Made by a program: the position numbers and the translations under genes
In this document: positions 41,801-48,992 of the stretch, piece after piece
Position numbering within the stretch: the first letter of the stretch is position 1
How the letters are laid out: the number at the start of each line of letters is the position of its first letter
Assembly (NCBI GenBank): GCA_045803545.1
Contig: JBJMOW010000005.1
Span: forward strand, 480,001 to 544,000
Source: Gemmatimonadaceae bacterium
GTDB lineage: Bacteria > Gemmatimonadota > Gemmatimonadetes > Gemmatimonadales > Gemmatimonadaceae
DNA: 64,000 nucleotides
Direction of reading: 5' to 3'
The notes under the pieces: generated by a model
The model's input: only the letters and a program-made list of their open reading frames with translations
Told to the model about the DNA's origin: nothing
The model's database searches: none

Positions 41801-44800
41801 ACGAGCTGAAGTGTCGCCGAAGGCGGACTAACCGTAACGGTTGCCACGGGTGCCGGTGTAACTGTCAGCGTTGCACTGCCAATCGTTCCTTCGCTGGTAG
41901 CAGTGATGCTTGCAGTACCTGAAGCGACTGCGGTCACCCACCCTGTATTCGCGTCGACAGTGGCAACGACGGCATTGCTCGAACTCCAGGTTACCAGCCT
42001 ACCGCTCAGCGTGTGGCCGTTGGCATCAAGGGTTGTCGCGTTCGCTTGCGAGGTTCCAACTGCACTGATACTCGTCGGATTGAGAGACACCGTGACCGTT
42101 GCTACCGGCGCCAGGGAAACGGTTATCGACGAAGTGCCGCTCTTTCCTTCGCTTGTGGCACTAATTGTTGCAGAACCGGCGCCGAGAGGGGTGACAAGGC
42201 CATTGACGTCTACAGTTGCAACTCCAGTATTACTCGAGTTCCACGTAATAATTCGACCGCTTAGAGTGCCCCCGTTTGCATCGGCGGTAATAGCCGTCAA
42301 TTGTTCTTCAGCCGAGATCCCGAGAACGAGACTCGCAGATGGCGGCGTGACGGTCACGGTCGCGACAGGCGGAGGCGTCACAGTTAGCGTGGCGCTTCTG
42401 CTCACTACTTCGCTAGTCGCACTGATGGTCGCAGTGCCGGTTGCATGCGCGGTCACCAGACCATTTGCATCGGCGGTCGCGACCGTTGCGTCGCTAGTGC
42501 TCCACGTTACGACGCGTCCAGTCAGCGTACGTCCCCTCGCGTCGAGCAGCGTTGCGGTTGCTTGGGTGGTCTGCACGGCGTTGATCGAGCTCGAAGCAAG
42601 ACTGACAGAGACACTCGCGACTGGCGCCGCGGTGACGGTTAGGGTGGCCGAGCCGATTTTCCCTTCGCTCGTCGCCGTGACGTGAGCGGTGCCTTCACTT
42701 TCCGCGGTCACAACGCCAGTGCCAGACACTGTTGCAACGGAAGTATTGTCTGATGCCCAGCTCACCGATCTTCCGGTCAGCGTACCGCTGTTAGCATCGA
42801 ACGTGGTGGCACTGGCTTGAGTTGTCCCGACCGCCGTGATCGAGCTTTGAGCGAGCGAAACGGTAACTGACGCCACTGAAACCGGAACAACAGTAATCGT
42901 CGCGCCGGCACTCTTTCCTTCGCTTGTCCCAGTGATGGTCGCAGTACCGACTGCGTGACCACTCACTACCCCGTTCGCATCGACTGTCGCAACGGCGTCG
43001 TTATTGGAAGACCAAGTGACGTCTCTTCCTGACAGCTCGTTGTTATTCGCATCGCGCAGAACCGCGCTCGCAGTAGTCGTTTGACCCACTTCGATCGAGG
43101 AGGCCGTCAGCGAGATCGCGACAGATGCAACGGGGGCGAGCGTGACGGTGATCGAGGCAGTGCCGCTAATGCCTTCACTCGTAGCTGTAATTATCGCTGA
43201 ACCAGCAGCGTGAGCCGTGACGAGTCCGCTTGCATCGACTGTGGCCACCGTAGCGGTGTTCGAAGACCAGGTGACAGTACGCCCCGTGACTACTCTGTTC
43301 TGCCCATCTTTCAGCGTTGCTGTCAGTGTCTGCGTGCTACCCTGCACTACTGTCGGCGATGCAGGGGTAACCGCCACCGCCGCTACCGGCGCATCTGTAA
43401 CAGTGAGCGCCATTGAGCCCGTTTGACCCTCGCTCGATGCGACGATGTGGGCCGTGCCCGAAGCGACAGCCGTGACCGCGCCCGTCGACGAAACTGTGGC
43501 GGTCGCATGGTTGTCAGAATTCCAGATGACCGTTCGTCCACTTAGGGTTCGCCCCTTGGCGTCTTTCAACTCCGCGCTCGCTTGCGTCGAACCGACTGCG
43601 GTGATCGAGCTTGCGGCCAGCGACACACTGACAGAAGCAACCGGCGCCTGCATTACCGACAGCGTCGCAGAGCCTGTCTTTCCTTCACTTGTGGCTGTGA
43701 TGCGCGCCGTGCCTTCAGATTCAGCGGTGATCACTCCCGTACCCGACACAGTGGCAACCGCTGTGTTGTCGGACGCCCAGATAACGGCCCGGCCGTTGAG
43801 CGCAGCGCCATTCGCGTCGAGCGTTGCTACTGTTGCTTGAGTCGTCCCAATCGCATTGATAGAGGTCTCTGCGAGCGAGACCGTAACCGAAGCTACTGGC
43901 GCCAGGCTGACGGTAATTGACGCGGCGCTGCCAACTCCTTCAGCCGTCGCGGTGATCGTCGCGGTCCCAGCTCCATGAGCGGTGACCAATCCGTTCGCAT
44001 CAACCGTTGCAACAGACGTGTTGCTCGACGTCCAGACGACAGTTCTCCCAGTTAGTGCACGATCCTCGGCGTCTTTGATAGTCGCAGTAAGCGGCTGCGT
44101 CGCTCCCTCGACAACGCTCGCCGATCCAGGTGTTACTGTTACGCTCGCGACTGGCGCGTCGGTAACCGTGAGCGCCGCACTTCCGGTTTGCCCTTCACTC
44201 GTCGCCGTGATGTGAGCCGTGCCAATCGCGACTGCTGTTACTGCCCCGGTAGATGAAACCGTGGCGACAGCGGTGTTGTCCGAGCTCCAGGCAGCAGTGC
44301 GTCCCGTGAGCGCGCGCCCCTTGGAGTCTTGGAACGTTGCGGTCGCTTGAGTGGTTCCGACTGCGCTAATCGAGCTTGCCGCGAGCGACACGCTCACAGT
44401 CGCCACCGGCGCTGCGGTCACAGCGATATTCGCGGAGCCGGTCTTGCCTTCGCTCGTCGCAGTGATGTGAGCGGTGCCTTCGGCAACCGCGGTCACCAAA
44501 CCGCTACTCGAGACGGTGGCGACCGATTCGTTGTCGGAAGCGAATGTCACCGCGCGTCCGGTCAGCGTTCCACCGTTCGCATCGAATACAGTGGCGGTAG
44601 CTTGCGTCGTTCCGACTGCCGTAATCGAGCCCGCGCTCAGTGCGAGTGTGACGCTCGCGACGGGTACTGGTACAACTGTAATTGTTGCGGTCGAACGCTG
44701 GCCTTCACTCGTTGCGCTGATTGTCGCCGATCCGGGCGCGAGGGCGGTCACCACTCCCGTGGTGCCATCAACTGTGGCGACTCCACCGTTATCCGATTGC

Positions 44801-45915
44801 CACGCGATTGCGCGTCCAGTGACTACGGTGCCCGAGCGATCTTTCAAAATTGCCGAGGCTTGGCTTGTCCCTCCAACGGTAATGGTGGATGGAGTCAGAC
44901 TCACTTCCACCGACGCAACGGGAACGGGAGTGACAGTTATCGCCACGCTCGAACTCACGCCGCCTACGGTTGCCGTTATTGTCGCTGAACCGGGGCTGAC
45001 CGCCGAGAGCATCCCGTCAGGTGTTACTGTCGCTACCGTGTTTGCGGCTATCGCCCAGGTGACGGTGCGATTGATGAGAACAGCTCCACCTGCATCTGTC
45101 GCCACTGCCACCAGTTGTTCATGATCGCCGACGACAAGAGATGGAATTACGTCAGGATGATCCGGCGGTCCCCTGATCGCGACCTGGGCAACCGGCTCGG
45201 GAAGCAATACAGCGTATGTACTGAAATGAGAGATGTCGCCCGTTACTATGTGATTGGTGAGGTCGACACTTCCTGTAGTAATCGGCTGCCAACCCGCGGT
45301 TGCTCCAGAGTAACGCAGTTGCAGGGCTGCTTCTTCCGTTCCAGCAGGGAGCTTCTTCGGATCGTATTTGATTTTGAGCGTGACGGGTTTGGCGAAGGAT
45401 GTCCCCGTCGGCCCGAAGTCAAATGCAGTGCCCTGCACAACTTTCGAGTCGCTTCCGAAACCACTCGACGGAGTAACGGTGACGTCAGTGGTGGCGTCTA
45501 CGGCCTGGGCAGGAACCAGAAGTTGGATTACGCCCGACGCCGCGCTGAGCGTCGTCCCGGCGGTTGTAACGACGCCGCCATCGACTACAGTGACATTCGC
45601 AGACGCGCTCTTGCCGTCGGCAGATGCCGTGACGGTGGCTGCCCCCGGCGTGACTGCCGTCACCATGCCGGACGGTGATACTGTCGCAATCGCGATGTCC
45701 GATGTCGCCCACGAGATCGGGCGCGACAATGGCCGACCGTCCCGGTCTTTAGCCGTAGCAGTCAGCTGCAGGGTAGCCGCAGGCACGAGCGACATTCCGA
45801 CTTGCGACAAGTCTATGAGGTCGGTCGTTGGCGGCGGCGCTGTCGGACTTTCTCCGCAGGACCCGATCGTCCACCCAAGTGCGATAGATCCGATCGTGCG
45901 GTACAATCTTTTCAT
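32848..45915 (-). CDS. Giant 4355-aa lipoprotein: Big_2, ZU5-like domain, 42x Big_2, GH-A-like TIM barrel, C-terminal beta domain
   Basis: Uninterrupted 13-kb ORF with lipobox IGSC. 43 Ig repeats counted by eye. The head domain aligns motif for motif with the 28722 and 46100 ORFs. Confidence 0.92.
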   Translation of the reverse strand: MKRLYRTIGSIALGWTIGSCGESPTAPPPTTDLIDLSQVGMSLVPAATLQLTATAKDRDGRPLSRPISWATSDIAIATVSPSGMVTAVTPGAATVTASADGKSASANVTVVDGGVVTTAGTTLSAASGVIQLLVPAQAVDATTDVTVTPSSGFGSDSKVVQGTAFDFGPTGTSFAKPVTLKIKYDPKKLPAGTEEAALQLRYSGATAGWQPITTGSVDLTNHIVTGDISHFSTYAVLLPEPVAQVAIRGPPDHPDVIPSLVVGDHEQLVAVATDAGGAVLINRTVTWAIAANTVATVTPDGMLSAVSPGSATITATVGGVSSSVAITVTPVPVASVEVSLTPSTITVGGTSQASAILKDRSGTVVTGRAIAWQSDNGGVATVDGTTGVVTALAPGSATISATSEGQRSTATITVVPVPVASVTLALSAGSITAVGTTQATATVFDANGGTLTGRAVTFASDNESVATVSSSGLVTAVAEGTAHITATSEGKTGSANIAVTAAPVATVSVSLAASSISAVGTTQATATFQDSKGRALTGRTAAWSSDNTAVATVSSTGAVTAVAIGTAHITATSEGQTGSAALTVTDAPVASVTVTPGSASVVEGATQPLTATIKDAEDRALTGRTVVWTSSNTSVATVDANGLVTAHGAGTATITATAEGVGSAASITVSLAPVASVTVSLAETSINAIGTTQATVATLDANGAALNGRAVIWASDNTAVATVSGTGVITAESEGTARITATSEGKTGSATLSVMQAPVASVSVSLAASSITAVGSTQASAELKDAKGRTLSGRTVIWNSDNHATATVSSTGAVTAVASGTAHIVASSEGQTGSMALTVTDAPVAAVAVTPASPTVVQGSTQTLTATLKDGQNRVVTGRTVTWSSNTATVATVDASGLVTAHAAGSAIITATSEGISGTASITVTLAPVASVAISLTASSIEVGQTTTASAVLRDANNNELSGRDVTWSSNNDAVATVDANGVVSGHAVGTATITGTSEGKSAGATITVVPVSVASVTVSLAQSSITAVGTTQASATTFDANSGTLTGRSVSWASDNTSVATVSGTGVVTAESEGTAHVTATSEGKIGSATLTVTAAPVASVSVSLASSSINAVQTTQATATLLDARGRTLTGRVVTWSTSDATVATADANGLVTAHATGTATISATSEVVSRSATLTVTPPPVATVTVTPPSASLVLGISAEEQLTAITADANGGTLSGRIITWNSSNTGVATVDVNGLVTPLGAGSATISATSEGKSGTSSITVSLAPVATVTVSLNPTSISAVGTSQANATTLDANGHTLSGRLVTWSSSNAVVATVDANTGWVTAVASGTASITATSEGTIGSATLTVTPAPVATVTVSPPSATLQLVATPTQQLTAVTKDANGNILAGRAASWRSSNTAVATVDANGLVNAVGVGAATITATSETKTGTSSITVNAAPVATVSLSAPMTPMILGNTQVLTAAPKDANGNALSGRAVNWISSNPAVLSVSAPSSVSTSTGATITVTAVGIGTATITATSETAPAATTPSIAVDPIPVATVTVTPATTTLVLSITPTQQLSAVTKDANGNVLPARTVTWSSSNPAIATVNTSGLVTGVAAGSATVTATSEAQSGTSSVTVSVPPVATLTLFAPATPMIVGSSQVLTAVPKDANNNILSGRTVNWVSSNPAVLSVSAAASVSTGSGATITVTAAAVGTATITANSEAAPAATTPSITVNPVPVATVTVTPPSASLVLGITPTQQLSAVTKDANGNVLNGRTVNWSSNNTAAASVSANGLVTGVAAGSAIITAVSEGQSGTSAITVSVAPVATVTVALSPTSITAVGSSQATATTLDANNNVLTGRVVTWSSTNTAVATVDAITGLIAPVAPGTASITATSEGKSDSATLTVTPAPVASVTLTPPSANLVLGITPTQQLTAVTKDAQGNVLTGRVVTWSSSNTNFVNVDASGLASAVAAGSATITATSEGQSGTSSINVALAPVATVTVTLNPTSINAVQTSQATASTFDGNGNALTGRVVSWTSSNTAVATVNPNSGLVTAVAPGTTTLTATSEGKTGNATLTVTEAPVATVTVSLASSSINATETTQATAMLLDARGRPLTGRVVIWSSSNTAIATVDPNTGLVTAIAPGTANITATSEGETDSAVLTVTAASVAGVTVTPSSTTLVLGITPTQQLTAATKDANGNTLTGRVVTWSSNNNAVATVDPNTGLVTAVSAGGATITATSEGKTGTSTITVNLAPVATVTVTPSSANLVLGITPTQQLAAVAKDANGNVLAGRTVSWSSSDNSIATVGANGLVTAVAAGAATITASSEGQSGTSAITVTVAPVTTVDVSLNPMSITAVGTSQATAVTRDANGNVLTGRAITWSSSNTAVATVDVNTGMVTAVALGTASITATSEGKSGSATLTVTPAPVASVVVSPSSAVLQLLVTPTHQLTAVTKDANGNTLTGRLVTWSSSNTAVAQVDANGLATAVGAGTATITATSETKTGTSSITVNPTPVAAVTLSSPTTPMIVGGTQVLTATPRDANGSALSGRTVTWVSSNPAMLTVSAPTSLSTASGATITITALGVGVATITATSESAPAATTPSISVNPIPVATVAVTPASASLVLGIAPTQQLTAVTKDANGNTLTGRVVTWSSNNTAVATVDANGLVTAQTAGSATITATSEGRAGTASITVSLAPVATVAVTLNPTSITAVGTSQATATTRDANGIILTGRVVTWNSSNPAVATVNSNTGLVTAVAVGTASITGTSESQAGSATLTVTPAPVATVTVTPASATLQLVVTPTQQLTAVPKDVNGTVLTGRLVTWSSGNTAVATVDANGLVTAVSAGTTTITATSETKTGTSSITVNPAPVATVVLSPPTTPMIVSATQTLTATPKDANGNTLSGRTVAWVSSNPAVLTVSNASSVSSATGATITVTSVGVGAATITATSESAPAATTPTITVNPIPVATVTTTPSSATLVLGISPTQQLTAVTQDANGNTLTGRVVSWSSNNTAVATVDANGLVTAVSAGSATVTATSEGKTGTSSITVNLAPVATVTVALNPASITAVGTSQATATTRDANGNVLTGRAVTWSSSNTAVVTVNASTGFVTAGAVGTASITGTSEGQTGSATITVTPAPVATVTVTPSSASLVLGITPTQQLTAVTKDTNGNTLSGRVVTWASSNTAVATVGGNGLVAAQAAGTATITATSETKTGTSSITVSVAPVTTVTLSSASTPMTVGSTQVLIATPKDANGNVLPGRTVNWISSNSAVLTVSAASSLSSSTGATITVTALGVGTAAITATSETAPAATTPSITVNPIPVATVTVTPASAGLVLGITPTQQLAAVTKDANGNVLTGRTVTWSSSNNSVATVGADGLVTAVAAGGATIAAASEGQSGTSAITVTLAPVATVNVALNPMSITAVGTSQANATTLDANGNNLTGRAVTWSSDNLAIATVDANTGLVTAVAVGTANINAMSEGKTGSATLTVTQAPVATVSVSLAASSITAVGTTQATATLQDSKGRTLSGRSIVWTSDNTAAATVSSAGAVTAVATGTAHITATSEGQTGSATLTVTDAPVASVVVSPASANLVEGATQQLTTALTDAQVRPLTGRTVVWTSNNDASATVDANGLVTAHTAGTATITATSEGVSGTSSITVTQVPVASVTVSLAQGSISAVGTTQATATTLDATGGTLTGRSVVWSSDNEGVATVSNTGIVTAEAVGTAHITATSEGQTGSSILTVTAAPVASVTVTIAQGSITAVASTQATAELKDSRNRVLTGRTIVWASDDHAIATVSSTGIVTAVAEGTAHITATSEGQTGSATLTVTQAPVATVTVSPSAPSILVGATEQLTITLKDAQGRVLTGRVVTWSSDNTAAATVSGTGLVTAVAAGAATITATSETKTGTSIVTVTAATTTATLLHRSTRNPRYFENATGQIIYLTGSHTWSTLRDNGTVDPPAAFNYTAYLDFLTQRNHNFFRLYAWEQDRWTSEYANDYWFSPSAYARTGPGVALDGKPKFDVSQFNQAYFDRMRQRVIEAGSRGIYVSVMLFNGWSVTTKPGATANNPWNGHPFNSANNINGIDGDTNGDGSGLESQTLTIPSVTALQEAYVRRVIDAVGDLDNVLYEISNESDGSSRDWQYHMIQVIRDYEATKAKRHPVGMTAMWPNGSDTDLYNSDADWISIAGTLHTPVTANGSKVLVTDTDHICGVCGDVEWVWKSFVKGHNPILMDGYDGAAIGVGAEDYDVNDPVWEAIRKNMGYTLSYAQRMDMANAVPHGDLVLSELTGYALAKPGEQYLVYINSEGAVTLNLSALTGTLNVEWFNPATGVATPAGTIAGGPSVQLIAPFSGPAVLFLH
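34190..45200 (-). repeat. Tandem array of 42 Big_2-coding units (about 255-290 nt each), mostly diverged at DNA level
   Basis: Recurrent PVA.V.V...DA.G..L.GR.V.WSS.N..VATV...G.VTA...G.A.ITATSEG unit. Boundaries are approximate. Confidence 0.9.
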
Positions 45916-45954
45916 GACTGAGCAAACTCTCGCGATGTACGCGCACCCGCCAAC

Positions 45955-45969
45955 GCAAGTAGTTGCCCA
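45955..45969 (-). promoter_or_regulatory. Sigma-54 promoter candidate for the giant Ig protein
   Basis: TGGGCAACTACTTGC (TGG-N8-TTGC), 40 nt above the ATG. Two palindromes lie upstream, at 45974-45998 and 46021-46036. Confidence 0.5.
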
Positions 45970-46099
45970 AGACTAAAGCCTTATACGCCAAGAACTTACG
46001 GTCGAAAAACGGCGCAAACTGTTGCAGTAATGCAACGGGCCGACACGTTCGCACCACACGTGAATGCGCCCCTGAAACTGTGGTGTAATTCTCCGCGAG

Positions 46100-47749
46100 T
46101 CAGTGATGCAGATACACGGTCGCCAGGCCGGAGAATGGAGCGGTTAGAGTGACGTGGGTCCCGCCTGCGGCCTTGCCACCATCCACTGTCACAGCGGTGG
46201 ACGGATTGAACCATTCGACGACAAAACTGCCCGTCGTGCCGCTCAGATCCAGATCCAGATTCCCGCCGCCAGGAAGAACCGCGAGATATTCGCTGCCCGC
46301 ATCTGCAAGGCAATAACCGCTTGACGCGAGGTCACCGCGTGGGACCGCGCGCGCCAGGTTCATCCGCATCGCGTAACTCCTCACGTATCCCATGTTTTTG
46401 CGAATGTCCTCCCACTTTGGATCGGCAGGATTGTACGCCGCATCTGACACCCCGGGGCTATTGTCGTAGCCGTCCATCAACAGCGTATTGTGCCCTCGAA
46501 CGAACGCTTTCCAGACCCAGGCGGCGTCTCCACAAATTCCGCACAAATGGTCTGTATCAGAGAGGTCTACTTTCTTTCCATCAGCTATCGCTGGGTTGCT
46601 GACGTCGCCATTCATCGACACCCAATCCGCTGCGCTGTTGAGAACCTCGGCGTTAGTTCCGGGCCAGGGAATCGTCATGCCGATGGGATGCTGCTTCGGT
46701 TTCTGCGCCTCATACGACCGAAGGAAATCGATCAGGTGGTACTGCCAGGCATCGCCGGACGGATCGCTCTCGTTGCTGATTTCGTAAATGACGTTGTCCT
46801 GGTCATTGACAGCGTCGACGACTGCTTTCACATAGGCTTCCTGCAAAGCCGTGATCGCCGGCATCGTTAGGGTCTGCGTTTCGCGACCTGACGCATCGTT
46901 GTTCGGGTCACCGTTGATCCCGTTGATGTTGTTTGCGGTGTTAAACGGGTGGGCCAGCCACGGGTTCGCCCTCGCATTCCCTGGCTTAGTCTCGACACTC
47001 CAGCCATTGAACAGCATTACAGACACGTAGATTCCGCGCGTTCCGGCGTCGATTACGCGTTGGCGCAGTCGTGCGAAATACTGGGGGTTGAGTTTCGTCA
47101 GGTCGAACTTGAGACCGCCGTCCGCGGCCGCCCCGGGCCCCGTTCTCTCATAGAGAGTCGGCGAGAACCAATGACTGTAACTGACTTCGTCACTCCAACG
47201 CGCCTGCTCCTGAAGCCAGAGTCTAGTGAAGTTGTGATTGTGCTGTTGCAGAAAATTCAGGTACGCGATGTTGTCGAACGCTGGCGGAGGATTCGTCGTT
47301 CCATCATCCTGGACGTTCTTCCAATAGTGCGAACCGGTAAGGTAGACAATCCGACCCGCGGGATCTGCGAAATACCTCGGGTTGTCTGTGCTCACGTGCA
47401 AAGGGCCTGTGGCGGGAGCCGACGCCGCTGATACCGTCAGCGTCGTCGAATCGCTGAATCCGCTCGCTTGTACGCGGATTTTCACGAGGCCGGCACTTAC
47501 TCCAACTGCGGTCCCGAAGTCATTAATCGTGGCCACCGCGGCGTTGCTGCTTTGCCAGCTGACATCACTAATACTGTGACTGGTGCCGTTTTCAAATGAC
47601 CCGTTCGCGCGGAACACCACGGTTTCGCCAATTCGGATGGTGGCAGCGATGGGCGCAATCGTGACGGCGTTCAAGCGAATTTGATCGCTCGTGCTGCTGC
47701 AGGCGGCGAGCACCAGCAATGCGATGGTGCTTAGCCCAGGACTTCTCAA
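46100..47749 (-). CDS. Lipoprotein: 1x Big_2, GH-A-like TIM barrel, C-terminal beta domain
   Basis: Lipobox LAAC; NPRYF, GSHYW, HNFTRL, YEISNE, SDTDH and VEWFNP motifs; TTG start just downstream of wzt. Confidence 0.87.
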   Translation of the reverse strand: MRSPGLSTIALLVLAACSSTSDQIRLNAVTIAPIAATIRIGETVVFRANGSFENGTSHSISDVSWQSSNAAVATINDFGTAVGVSAGLVKIRVQASGFSDSTTLTVSAASAPATGPLHVSTDNPRYFADPAGRIVYLTGSHYWKNVQDDGTTNPPPAFDNIAYLNFLQQHNHNFTRLWLQEQARWSDEVSYSHWFSPTLYERTGPGAAADGGLKFDLTKLNPQYFARLRQRVIDAGTRGIYVSVMLFNGWSVETKPGNARANPWLAHPFNTANNINGINGDPNNDASGRETQTLTMPAITALQEAYVKAVVDAVNDQDNVIYEISNESDPSGDAWQYHLIDFLRSYEAQKPKQHPIGMTIPWPGTNAEVLNSAADWVSMNGDVSNPAIADGKKVDLSDTDHLCGICGDAAWVWKAFVRGHNTLLMDGYDNSPGVSDAAYNPADPKWEDIRKNMGYVRSYAMRMNLARAVPRGDLASSGYCLADAGSEYLAVLPGGGNLDLDLSGTTGSFVVEWFNPSTAVTVDGGKAAGGTHVTLTAPFSGLATVYLHH

Positions 47750-47759
47750 ATCGAAGCCC

Positions 47760-48992
47760 TCAGTTCGCGACGCGGCGCGCTAACTCTGGAGGAGCAATAA
47801 CGGCGTAACGCGATAAGACCGGAAACAAGTTCGCTGCCCCCCGGGTATCGCGGTCGCTGGTCACGACAAAGGATGTTGCCGGAAAAACGTGATCGTATTC
47901 GCGTTGTATATCGTAGCGATAGAGATACACGCCCAAATAATAAGTGCCCGGCCCAAGGTTCAGCTCGACGTCAAAGGCACACTCAGCGCGCTGCCCTGGA
48001 TCGAGCGAAACCGGTTCCTGCCCCAACCTCTCGCTGGAAGTGTTGAACACTTCATAAAAATCCGTGTTGAACACATCAAGAACGACGGCAACTTTCTCTG
48101 CCCGCGACAGCGCCTCGACGGATACTGAAATCCGCGCGGGTTGTCCGGCGATGAAGCGACCCGTCTGACCGTCAGCAGTGGAAATTGTTGTGCGCGTGAT
48201 GCGAGCCGGGCCCGCCACCTGGCGGTCTGAGTGTACAGCCGCTGTGTCGAGATACCGGCGAACGACCTGATCGGTCGGCCCATCCTCGATCACCTTCCCC
48301 CGCTCGAGCAGAATTCCTCGCTCACAGAATTCTGCGACGGCCTGGAGGTTGTGCGATACAAAAATTACGGTGGCCCCACTCCTGGCGACCGCTCGCATTT
48401 TGTCCATCCCCTTCCGTTGAAATGCGAAGTCTCCGACGCTCAACACTTCGTCAATAACCAGAATGTCGGGCTCGAGATGCGCCGCCACTGAAAAACCAAG
48501 TCGCGCAAACATACCCGACGAATAGCGCTTGACCGGTGTATCGATAAACTCTTCGAGCTCGGCGAAGTCGACGATCTCATCGAACTTGCGCTTTATCTCC
48601 TGACGGCTCATGCCCAATATCACGCCGTTCAAAAACACATTCTCACGCCCCGTAAGGTCGGGATGGAACCCCGCTCCGACCTCAATCAAAGCAGACAGGC
48701 GACCGCTCACCTCGATACTGCCGCGTGTCGGCTCCATAATCCCGCTTAGATGCTTCAGCATTGTGCTCTTGCCAGCGCCGTTGTGCCCGACGATGCCCAG
48801 TGTCTCTCCCTTTCGCAGGTCGAAGGAAATGTCGTTTAACACCCAGAATTCCTCCGGCGCCAATGCACGCTCCCGATCACCGCGCACGGCTCGTTTCACC
48901 AGCGATGGAATGAGATCGCGCAACGAGTCGTGTTTTTCACCACGGCGGAAGCGCTTGTATACATTCTGCACGCGCAGTGCGTATTCGCTCAT
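47760..48992 (-). CDS. wzt: Polysaccharide ABC transporter ATP-binding protein with C-terminal carbohydrate-binding domain
   Basis: GHNGAGKST, GFHPDLTGRENV, YSSGM and IDEVLSVGD motifs, plus a beta-rich C-terminal extension. Confidence 0.93.
   Translation of the reverse strand: MSEYALRVQNVYKRFRRGEKHDSLRDLIPSLVKRAVRGDRERALAPEEFWVLNDISFDLRKGETLGIVGHNGAGKSTMLKHLSGIMEPTRGSIEVSGRLSALIEVGAGFHPDLTGRENVFLNGVILGMSRQEIKRKFDEIVDFAELEEFIDTPVKRYSSGMFARLGFSVAAHLEPDILVIDEVLSVGDFAFQRKGMDKMRAVARSGATVIFVSHNLQAVAEFCERGILLERGKVIEDGPTDQVVRRYLDTAAVHSDRQVAGPARITRTTISTADGQTGRFIAGQPARISVSVEALSRAEKVAVVLDVFNTDFYEVFNTSSERLGQEPVSLDPGQRAECAFDVELNLGPGTYYLGVYLYRYDIQREYDHVFPATSFVVTSDRDTRGAANLFPVLSRYAVIAPPELARRVAN

Noticed and set aside
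34190..45200. Periodic sequence that could be taken for a CRISPR array or satellite
   Set aside because: Units are about 255-290 nt, in frame and vary mainly at synonymous positions. There is no constant repeat with unique spacers and no cas gene.
33994..45976. Many long plus-strand ORFs (up to 341 aa) opposite the giant Ig gene, and similar ones at 12367-13176, 30010-31464 and 58998-59510
   Set aside because: These are antisense shadows of Thr/Val/Ala/Ser-rich repeat codons. They mirror the repeat period and have no independent motifs.
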